Source of the DNA: Chara braunii
Taxonomy: Eukaryota > Plantae > Charophyceae
Length of the DNA stretch: 64,000 nt
NCBI GenBank assembly: GCA_003427395.1
Contig: BFEA01000021.1
Span: forward strand, 309,873 to 373,872
Reading direction: 5' to 3'
Both the position numbers and the translations under genes were made by a program. The notes beneath the pieces were generated by a model, which saw only the letters and a list, made by a program, of their open reading frames with translations, did not search any database and was not told the origin of the DNA. Shown here piece by piece: positions 24,309-35,437 of the stretch. The number at the start of each line of letters is the position of its first letter. The first letter of the stretch is position 1.

Positions 24309-26409
24309 CCTTTTTTAATGCCATAAGTGTTTTCAACTCCTCACACATTCCAGGTAGCTATTTATAATCTACCCATTCATTTTTTTCACCCTTCCTGAAG
24401 CTCAGATGTGGGGATTGGAAGAGTCGGTCGTGGATGCCGAAGTGGCTCGGTCTTGTGGAGTTGGCAACCACGGTTCGGTGGGAGCGTTGTGAATAAAGAG
24501 GGAGTTCAGTCCTTGATCAATTGTCCATCCAAGTCAACAAGAAATTTCGTCAAACTAAGAGGGGGAACTTTAATCCGACATACTTCTTGATGTCTATCTT
24601 CCATAAACCACGTCAGGAGGAGGAGGCGTAATCCTCCTTTTCAAACATTTTATGTTGTCCCGGGGCCAATCTAACATCTAGGATAGGGATGAAAATTTTC
24701 ATCTTCTTGCCTTTCCCATCTAGACTGTCCACGATAAACCGCGACATCATTTCTTCTGCAACGAATTTCAACATACAATTATCGTTAATAGCCGCATGGA
24801 TTAGTGAAGCCAAAACTGAAGGCATTGGGACTTCTGGAACGAGAGAGTGTTAAAAGAGACCCCACCATCTGTCCATAACTAAGAAAGAACCCACATAAAT
24901 TTTCTTACATAAGTACAAAAGAAGGGAAGAATGCGTTTATCCATAGTCTGGATTTGTCCCCGTACCAGTACCGAGGTATATTTCCTTGTGTTTTTTGACC
25001 CGTGAGTATCTACCTCAACCAGTTGAGGTTGGGAGTCGTCAGAGTATGACACGAATGCTGAAGATTGCTCTCCCCCATCCTGCTGACCGTCGTTCTTGAG
25101 CTTGAGATCCTTCTTCCATGCTGTCAACTCCTCGAGTTACCCCTTCACATGTCGCCATGGCTATTATAGGGAAGTATTATCCCAACCCGGAGGGTTCGCC
25201 CTGCAAGAGGTAGGACAGGCAGGCCTGAGGATAAGGATGAAGAATTCCATCTTCTTCGCTCTCCCGTCTGGACTATGCACGTTGAGCCATAACATCATTT
25301 CTCAGGCTTCCGCAATGAATTTGAACATTAATTTATCGTTAATAGCTGCCCGGATTAATGAAGCCGAAACCGACTTTTGGGGACGAGAGGGTGTTAAGAG
25401 AGACCCTGCCATCCATCCATACCTAAGAAAGAACCCACATGAAGTTTCTTACATAAATACAAAAGAAGGGAATAATGCGTTTATCCACAATCTAGATTTG
25501 TCCTTGTACTTGTACCGAGGTACGTTTCCTTGTGTTTTTTTACCCGGGAGTACTTACCTCCACCGGTTGAGGCTGGGAGTCGTCAAAGTATGACACGGAT
25601 GTTGAAGATTGCTCTCCCTCTATATCACCATCAGTTCCTACGAGACCATCTAGGCTTAGTCGCCTCTGCTTCCCATGGTCCTAGACATCTCTCTTATAAG
25701 GAAGGGAGAGGGTTGCCCCAAAGTACGTGTCAGAGTAATTTCTCTGTCGTTCTTTCTCGGGTCTGCCCATGCTGTTGACCACCGTTCTTGATCTCGAGAT
25801 CCTTCTTCCATGTTGTCTTCTCCTTGAGTTACCCTTCCACCTGTCACCATGGCTATTCCAGGGAAGTATCCTCCCAACCCAGGGGGATCGCCCTGGAAGA
25901 GGTAGGACGAGCATGCCTGAGGCTGTTGATCGGCTATCGGTAAGGCATGTTTGAGGCGTTCCATGGCATGAAGTGGTGGGAGGGGGGGGGAGCGGAAGCC
26001 ACCCCATTCAGCCTCCCTGAGCATAACCCGCCTGTTGAAGTGTTCCTCCAACTTGTTGATCAACAAGTGAGAATGCATAATTGACGTATGGTCCGAAGCC
26101 TTGCAGAGAGTTAACTTGAGTAGGTCTCGGAGCCCCAAAGGAAGTTGTGGAACCCATTGGTCCCATGGGGCCAGCATACGAAGGTCTGGATGAGGCTTCT
26201 TGGCTTGAACCTTGGAATTGTTTGGATTATGTTGAGTTGTCTTGGCCTTGTTGTTGTGAGCGAGGATTATGTCTGCATTCAGTCTCATTGTGGAAGAAGG
26301 CTCTACAACGTCTGCACTTGGGAGTGGATGTTGAAGCTAACTTAACTTTCAGTTGTTCTTCCCCGAATGTCTGTACCCAAATAGCATCCTTCATATTAGG
26401 ACACGCCGG

Positions 26410-29400
26410 TGTCGAGCGCATCGGTCCGGCACCGCACAGGGCAGCGCGGGACCCTCCCGGTCGCGTCACGCAGGAGTTGGTCTTTAATCCTCGTCGCTAA
26501 TACATAATGGAGCTTCAACAAGCCGCTCCGGCCGAGTGCGCCAGCCATACCTCTTGCAAGCCCCTACGACAGCATAGGGCCTACGCGAGGCACGACTTAC
26601 CTCCACCTTACGGGGGTTGTCACCTCCCTTCGGTGGGAGTATCCCCGTCGAGCTACCAGCCCACAATACGAAAGCTAATCAGCTGCAATCGCACAGGTGG
26701 ACCAACCGAGGGCGTTTCTCGTTCGCTGTAGCATAGGGGGTACGAGTGGTATTACGCCTCTATCGAACCCGCATGCGAACCGACATCTTGGGGGGATGAA
26801 CTCCCAAGCGCGACTCGTGGTCGGTCGACTAGGACGCATACCACACGCCACATGTACACCACTTAAAGGAACATAAAAATAAAAATACACGCACACACAC
26901 CTATATATATACAGAACGACATTAGACGCGACAACACTCCTAGTCCCTTAGTAGCCAACCCGGATAGGCAACGAGCGCGAGACTTTAGTATAAAACCACG
27001 CGGACGCAAGGCTAACTCACATCGATTCGCAATGCAAACGTACGCAAGCGGTCGCGATGATGGCGTACTATGTAGTAACCATACTCATGCGGTCCTCGTT
27101 AATCTCGAGGGTCGCATTCGACACTCAAGTGTAGGCTGACACGAGGCTTGAGGGTTGATCTCTCGACGCTGGACAACCGGCAAGTGCGGTTAAGAACCAC
27201 ACCCTCTTTTGCACCCTGCGGAGAGTGAGTGGTACACAGGTTTATACCTGTGGTGACAATCGTCTCTTATGGCCCTGGAGACTAGCTCCATCATCTAGGG
27301 CCTGGAAAGAAGTCAAGGGGTTTGACTTTGACGGCTGTCACGGACTACAACGTCCAACCATAGAAATTCTAAAAAAAAGCAAAGGCTAAAAAGGGAAATA
27401 CCTTCCCTTTTATCTCAAAAGCATAATTTGTATAACCCTTACGCGCGGTCACAGTAGGGCACACGAACCACTCAAAACATATGTATTTACATATATATAA
27501 ATGGTTATTAATATAGGACGATCACTTCTCACAGTCACAGTGAGACTCCTCTCAGCCATATATATGCATGCGATCACAGACAATCAAATTCAGAACCCGA
27601 ACCACAAACATATCTGCAATCACATCAAAGATTCAACAAGAGTCCACACGCTACACGGGGTCAATTTCAACCATTCTCTGCACTCACACCCCTTGCTTTT
27701 AGCGACACAAACCTCAACCTTAGCGCACCCTCCCAAGAATAAAATACTAAGTATCTTTGTTAAATGGCCATTCAATAAAGTCTAGGTAAAAACACAATAA
27801 AACAGATCAAACCACAGGGCTAAAGCCTTTAGGTCGAGTGGCAAGAGTGGATTGAAGTTGAATCGTAAACTGACGAATCTGCAGGAGTTGAATCGTAAAC
27901 TGACGAATCGGCAACCGACCTGTTATTAGTGATAACAGAAGGCAATCCTTGTAGGATCAAGCTGAATCTAGCTCGAATCCTGAATCAATCGATCAAGAAG
28001 ACCTGTAACAGAAGACATGTCAATCCCTAAGCTAAAATTATAAGTGTATGGAGAATACAGCGCCATAACACATTCTCACCCAAGATCCTCCTACCAGATA
28101 AGCCTGAACCTACCTCTATGTCAGTGCCCAAAGAAAGGTAGACCCTGGCAGAATCTCCTTTACACAGAGTGAATTTTTCATAATCGTCACCTGTCAAAAT
28201 ATAATATAACTCCTTTAAACTAAGAAAATTTCGGCAGCGCTTCCCGTAGGAAAAGTGTCTTCTCATAAATTATATCAGCCCGAATATGAAAACAAAAATA
28301 GCTTCAAATTTTCAAAGTCAATTTTTGTCTAACTCCTTGAATTAGCAAAAATTTGGGCAGCATTCGCTTTAAAAAATGAGACTTTTCAAATTTTTACTAA
28401 GCCATATATGAACTTTAGACAAGTTGAACTTTGAAAAGTCAAAATTAGACTAACTCCTCAGATTTGCAGAAATTGTGGCAGCGCTTCCCGTAAAGAAAGT
28501 AGCTTACCAAAATTTATACAAAGCCAAGTTATAACAAAAGATCCCAGAAAATGCGGAAATTGATCTAAGTAGAAATAACTTAGCTCAGAAAACGCAGAAA
28601 TTGAACTAACTCCTATCGCTCTAGCACGTGGTGAACCTCTAAAGCAACTACCTGTCAACTGAAACTCAGACTAAGTAGCGACCTCACTCAGCCACATGCA
28701 AGGCCAAACCACAAAGGTAAGTACTCTCACGAGCCCAAGTCAACTTTATCAAACAATAGTTCGTAGTCTTTCAATGATTTGCCCCTTTATACCCTACTTA
28801 CATAAGGCATAAAGTCAGGCCACCCAAACTTATGGGACATGCTTAACTTAGTCATTGAGTATACACAAAACAGAGGGTACAACTACTTCTTTTTTCTTTG
28901 GGCATGTAACTAGGCCACCCTAGTCGCCCTGAACTGTTTAAGTATCCCAACTTTATATAATTATCTAAACTTAGTCTTATAAGGTACCATATGACTGAAC
29001 CGATCAACTTAGTTCGAGGTTCAGCCTGCCCCTTCTTACCATCGATTTATTCTTATTTCATACTCTCTTCAGTTCGTGATAGGGTTTTAGTCAGACCACC
29101 CGAACTTATGGGACCCTGTCTGACTAGCCTGTTCATAGATAGGATAGTAATAAAGTATAGTCAAATTATAACCTTTGGGTTACAGCATGTGCGAGGCATT
29201 GGGCCAGACTACCTAAACTTATAGAGTAGTCTGACTCTCTGTCTAGTTCGTTCCTCTCTGATCCAAGCTATGCGCGGCATGGGGTCAAGGTCACCCAAAC
29301 TTATGGAATGGCCTTGTCCTCTGCCAAAGTTACTCCCTCATAATAAAAGCAAGAAAAGGCTAAGCCACCTAAACTTATAGAATGGCCCAGACCTCCTCGT

Positions 29401-32400
29401 TCAAAACCAAATAAACAGGAAAGAAACCCAAAGTAAACAAGGCAACCAAACCACCTGAACTTACAGAATATACTTGGCTCCTCAAAAGTCAATCACAGTT
29501 AAACCTTTGCAAGTCAGAGAAACCAGACCACCTGAACTTATAGAATGGCCTGACTCTCCATGCAATTCCACCGCACTGGGTCTCCCCAAACTTATGGGGA
29601 CTCCCCAGCCTCCAGAGCAATCAGACCACCCAAACTTATGGAATGGTCTGATGCTCCAAGCAATCCAAAATCATAGCACTGGGTTTCCCTAAGCTTATGG
29701 GGACTTCCCTGCTTTAATTGACTCAGTCAACCCTCATGCGAAATTGCCTTCCTCCCAACCTTCCCCCAGATGCAACCCCCTTTATTCACAATCTGCTTTC
29801 AGACAATCAATAAAACTGAAACTGAAATTGCACATACATTCCTTCACTTAAGTTTGGTTTATATCCTGAAGTCAAACCCAAAGTTAAAGTAAAATACATG
29901 CAGTATGCTCAGTCAAACATAGCAAGATGTACCAATAGGGGTTATAACTGGGTTTGTAGAGGGGCATGTGTGGTTACCTCTCAGTTCCCTGCCTCCAGAA
30001 CTCCTTCTGAGTTCCGGCAGAGCTCCCGCAATCGGTGGGCTGACTTCCCACAGAGTCTTGCTGCGGTCCTACGGGTTGCAATCTCGCCTGCCGCCTTCCT
30101 CTCAGAACAAGACTAGACTTTGATAAAGAAAGGCGGGAAGAGAGGAGCTCAAACGCTCAGATCCACGAGGGGTGCTCTCAAACTCACAAGAGAGGGCCTT
30201 GATACCTTTACTCGCCTAAGGGCCCCATAATGATGGTCAATCCCCATAGCCGCCGTTCAAATCGAAGTCAACCTGCCTATCATCGACACTCTGACGATCT
30301 TCTAATTCCCAGCAGGAACCTTTTTACTCAAGCTTTATCATTTCCCCAAATGCAGGATTCGCCGGCTTCAATTCTCCTAGTCCTTTGATCAAAACCACAA
30401 CCATGATACGTTCTTAACCCACGACTGGACTCACGATACTTCAACCTGATCAGAGTGAGTAACGTATTCGACCACATCGGTCAGCAGGCAAGCCTACCCT
30501 TACGGCATGTCTGCTGCTGCGTCAGACAACAGATAGATCTGCAAGTTCATGGCTGGCCCGTTACTGCACAGGCTAACAAAATGAGCGGCACACCGCCCAA
30601 CAAACGGATCCGCAATCCCCACGGTTGGTCTGCTGTAGCCTTGTTCGATGAGTCCGGGCACTACCGTGACACCGGTCAACACCTAAGCTCCTAAGCCTAC
30701 CGATCGCTTGCCTCGTCCCGCACAGTTTCCGTCCTTGCTGAGTTCATCCCAAGATGCCTGCGTTACCTGCCAATCAAAAGTGTCGCCTTAGTCAAGTCTC
30801 CCTGCGACAGTTATGTCAGGATCTGCAGTCGGTTTTTGACTGGCGACCACTAGGCATGGCATGCAGTCCCACTCGGATGGAAACAATGAGCATGGTCTTA
30901 ACGTCATGGCTCAACTGGTCGGCTCGCCTTCGTCGCTTTTCTTGAGGTAAGTTAATGCTCCCTCTCTCTCTTCATGCTCGCATGTGTACTGTCCTATTCG
31001 TGATACGCAACCTCATAATAGAGGCATAACTACGTCAGACTGGCCCGAAGATCGCAGTTTCTGTGTAACCACATGCAATGAGACGATGGCATAAGAAGAC
31101 AGAATCAGCGACAGTTACCAACGGAGCAGTCCTCCTCCCCAAACTTTGACTTGGTTACACTTACTCCGCCCGCCTGCCCCACATTCTTTCCCACGTCGGA
31201 TCTCGACAACGCTTCTGGTCAGGTAAGCATGCCCATACTAACCTGCTTAGCCGGCCATTCTCTATTCGTGCGATTATGATAATGAATCTCCCGCTAAAAT
31301 GCGAAGATATATATTGTTGTTTCTACTTTTCCTTCCCGTACGCAGCCCCCTACATCAGTACCGTTCGAACTAACACTTTATTTTTAATTCTAACACTGCC
31401 ATTCGAACCGCAACCCCTCAAACTCCCGACTTACCGTCTTTCTCCACCCGGTTTCAACAATAATCGAGCGAGAACCCGATTCTTTACTCCCCGTCGTCTC
31501 CTCTCCTGCAATCTCCATAGCTCCGCGCACCACTTTCGCTACTCACCTCTCCTTCTACTAACTCTCTAGCAAAACCAACCCCGTGATTCGATTCCTACCA
31601 CGTCACAACCCCAATCCCAACTCCCGGTTCGCTCGATTCCGTTAAGAATCGGGTGAACTACGTGTTTTCCTGTCCGCCATACCCTCACTCTCTCACCTTC
31701 GCGCAGCCTTTCGCGATTGTAGCACCCAACCCATTGCTCTAGAGCGTAAACGGACACCGCCATCGGACTCGCCATCCACCAAAACCCCCGTAACGACCCC
31801 TTCCTCTCTCGATTCCGTTTGGAAATGAGCGAGGCACTCGGCTCCCCCTTTACTCCATCGTCACTCCCGCCATAGCCCGCACGCACTGTTTTCTCTACTC
31901 CCTTCCATTCCTACTAATTTTCTCCCTAATCTAACTTCACAATCATGTTCGCCTCGGCCTAAAACCCCCGGACCGGATCTTGGTTCGCCTGACAGCGTCA
32001 AGGATCGAGCGAACTGTGTGGTTCTTAACCTGCCATATCCATCCCTTCCCCATCTTAGTTTGCGAATGGATCCTGCACAACCTTGTGTCCGGGTGCGTCC
32101 CCCCCTTACTGCGCTCGTACCTCGCTCGTCCTGCTCACTGCCCCTTGTCTCCTTCGCTTCCCGCAAGGCTTCTGACTGCCCGTTATCCCAGACACCTCAA
32201 GGATGGGGATTGACATCCGCTACGGAGTGCTCGTATACTCACCTGCAGAATCAAACAACCCCCGGAAAATGGATAGCGCTGGAGCGAGTGACCGTTGTTG
32301 GGGCACTGAGCGACTCCCACTCCTCGACGAGTAGGAGGTGACGGGCCTGTTTCACTGCCAACAGTGTGTGCCCCTGGGCGTGGTAAGCCCTGTGGCGCTC

Positions 32401-33755
32401 GACGAGTTGTTCGACAATTCCATCTATCCTTCGCTTAGCCTTTCGCCCCTGCTTCAAGCCCGACTTAACCGATTGGCAAGTCCACTCACTGTGTTGTCCC
32501 ACGGGCACTCCTATATCTTCACTGCGTCATTTTCCACAGACGTCCCCTGGAAATTTCAGCAAGAAGTTGCTACCGGGCGATTCAATTAGTCTTTCGCCCC
32601 TATACCAGTTGGTCGCCATCCGGCAGGCTGTCACCACAGCCTGCTCAGCACTGTTCGAAGCCCTCCACCACCTCAGGCTCCCACTGGCCAAACCCCCATT
32701 CAAACAGCTAGCCGTGGTACTAAAGGTTCGGCCTGCCCCAAGGCCTGAGCATGGGCCTTGGTGGACTGGGTCCGGTACGGCCCTCGGTGGTAGCAACTAA
32801 TATTCAAGTGAGACTTGGTCAGGCCCCATGTAGTCAACTGTTGCCGCCCCGCGGCCTGCTCGGAGTGTTCTCCGATTTCCTTTCTGCCATTAGGCTACCG
32901 ACACCACGACCATGGACCCCACACACGCCGACCTCCCTAGTCCAAGCTTTAGGACAGACGGGGCATGGGAATTTCGTCAAAACCCTGAACAAATCAACCA
33001 GAGGAAACGCGCGCTCAAGGTCCTCAACTGCCGTGTCGACCATTAAATCCGGCGCCTCGTCCAGGCCAAAGGAACGCCGGAGCAGAAAAATAATACGAAT
33101 ACGATGCTAAAAATATATTTAGAAGCTTTTAATCATTAATATATGACGACCGAAGGAAAAGAGAATGCCAGCTCTGCTCCGACGCCGTCGACGACAAAAC
33201 CAAGGGGGATAGCCCCGCCGGACCCTCAACCCCTTGGTCTCTTCGCGCCACTTTGATACTCTCGCGCCGTCGCCGCTCGATCTCGATCCCTGAATCTCTT
33301 TGATGAAAGTCTGACGCTGTAACCGCTAATGCTAGGCCCAAGACTGGGTCTGGTTCCGACGGACATCTAAATAAACCGATACTGCGCGATGCGCGGGCCT
33401 ATTGAAAACACTTCAAAGCCACCTCGTTGTCGATGTCATTCTCCGTACGTACGCATAGGTCACAAGCAAGCACATCAATCAACGAGACATAATCTTTTTA
33501 ATCCTTGTTTAATCAGAAGAAAAAATTTCGGTCGACGATCACGCCGACCCTTCAATCATCAACAAATAAAAAGATCACGCGCGCCTAAAAAATCCACGCG
33601 CCCACACACTCTCTATTCTAGTCACACATCCAGCCAATGTAAACCACAGACACAGTCGCGCCTCGTGCGGAATACTTAATCTTTAAACCAAAGCTATTTT
33701 CTGTCACTTGCAAAAAAACAGGGCGGATACCCTTGTAAGGGTATTCGCACCGACA
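26410..33755 (-). mobile_element. 7346-bp TG...CA element with CCGG TSD, degenerate gag/aspartic-protease remnants, and no LTRs or RT/IN detected
   Basis: ccgg|TGTCGAGCGC...GCACCGACA|ccgg; removal restores the LINE ORF1 frame; GVLVDG-ES motif at 31762-31788 (minus); degenerate C..C...H knuckle at about 32215-32265. Confidence 0.8.
28812..29713. repeat. Array of about 10 stem-loops with conserved RAACTTAT loop and covarying stems
   Basis: Examples: tagtcagac-ca-ccc-GAACTTAT-ggg-accct-gtctgacta; cagactac-ct-AAACTTAT-ag-a-gtagtctg; ctggg-tc-tcccc-AAACTTAT-gggga-ctc-cccag; tcagacca-c-cc-AAACTTAT-gg-aa-tggtctga. Confidence 0.85.
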
Positions 33756-35437
33756 CCGGGGGTTCTTAGTCAAACATAATGTTAACGAGCGAAGGCTTCA
33801 TTCGAGATGGTTCCGTCGGGGGTTGTCGAATAATCGGGTCGATTGCCTTCTTCACCTGCGCCTCTGGAAATAGCATCGCATCAAGTGGCACCTGAACTGC
33901 TATCACCCAGAAGATATGTTCGTCTTCTTCTCTCCACTGTTCTAGGAATCGTGCCTTTGTCAACTATGGCTTGAATTCCAGCTTGTAGCGGTTCGGTCCC
34001 AACACCAGTTTGTCTTGGCCTTTATTCACCATCCATAACGTGATCGCCCCATTCTTCGCCACGTATGAAACTATGTTTGGGCTTTCGATCTTGACTCGCC
34101 TTATTTCAAAGCCCTCTGCGACGAAATTGCGCTCCTGGACTTTGGAGTCTTCGTACGCACGCATGGCATCGTCCTTTACTATTTTTGGGAGGAATTGAGC
34201 GTCGTCAAGGAAAATGACCATGATTGTGTGTTCTTCAAACCATTTTACTTTGGTTTGATCTATGGTCACATTGACCTTGAATTTTGCCACTCTCCCTTCA
34301 ATTGTCATCACCCCAGGATCGATATCCATGAGAATGATACCGTCTTCATAGCATAACCTCACTAACTCCTTTATTCTATCCTCGTCTTCCTGTTGTATCC
34401 ATGAGAATGATACTGTCTTCATAGCATAACCTCACTAACTCCTTTATTCTATCATCATCTTCCTGTTGACCCCCGGGATCTGGGGGGGGGGATCCCGCCT
34501 CTCTCTCCATCTCTACTTCCTCCATTTCGATGGTTGACTACCTCGATACTTAGGAACTCACAATTCCAGTAGACTGACACCAATGGTGTGTTAGTTATGA
34601 CCCTAACAAATGTTATGGGTCCTCCGACTACTCGCTATGGTCTCGTCAACTTCCTGATAGAAGTTGGTTCTTCGTCAAGGCGAAGCGACGTGGTAAACCA
34701 TACCTGTTGTGGCGAGATCGTGTTGGTAGGGCCGCCGGCCGAGCAGACCTCCGTCTCCGGGGGCGAGTTCCCACTTGCGCAAATTATGAGATTTCGGTCG
34801 TTAATCTTTGCTATCTATGATTAGTATCTCTTAATTCGTGCACGTGGTACCTAGCCCCGAGGTGGTAGCGCTTGGTTCCGAATGCTGTAGCGCCAGCGGC
34901 AGCGCTCCGGTAGGCCCCGGATTCCGGAGTCTTTTGTGACTTCTCGCTGTTTTTTTGCATGTTTTTTTTTTCATGATGAATGTAGGATCTTTCCATGTTC
35001 TAGCGGAAAATTCCCTCTCATTTTGCACATTTGGAGAGCAGTACTGCAACAAGGCCCCAAGTCAGGTCTGCATTTGAGCAGTTCACAGGTGTACCAGCTG
35101 AGCTACCGGTAGGTTCATCTGGTTCTCTGTAAGGGCCTACCTTGTAGTTGCACTATCCGCCATCCGACAACATTTTGAACGCATCGATACTTCATGTGTG
35201 CCTAGATGCATTCTGAATTTCTGAATGTTGTCAGATTGCGACTAGTAATAACTACTAGTTGTCAGCTCTCAATCTGCGCTCCTCGGGTGTTGTGTTCCTA
35301 TCGGCTGCGCTCTGGGTTTGTTTTCGGTCTTAGCAGTGGGGTTTCGCCGGTTGTGCTTATTATAGGATTTTTGTTGCTGTGTGAGATCCTACGGCAACTG
35401 GGTGGTATTAGGAATTAGATAGTTGAGAAGTGTTTTT

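Larger units (their letters stand above)
24320..34760 (-). mobile_element. Decayed L1-clade LINE (ORF1 plus the first codons of ORF2), split by the 7.35-kb insertion at 26410-33755
   Basis: ORF1 N-part at 33760-34480 (FWVIAVQVPLDA...LVNIMFD*EPP) rejoins in frame to 26405 onward (ACPNMKDAIWV...CRRCRAFFHNETEC, CX2CX4HX4C); IATWNV*G at about 24338-24362; internal duplication about 24690-25225 vs 25260-25915. Confidence 0.85.

Noticed and set aside
28812-29713. CRISPR array interpretation of the repeated hairpins
   Set aside because: The repeats are not identical, spacing is irregular, there are no cas genes, and the context is a eukaryotic transposon
26410-33755. Conventional two-LTR gypsy element with a PBS near 33730
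   Set aside because: No direct repeat between the ends was seen; the TTACA-AGGGTATC sequence is part of a palindrome and does not match a TGG-initiated PBS
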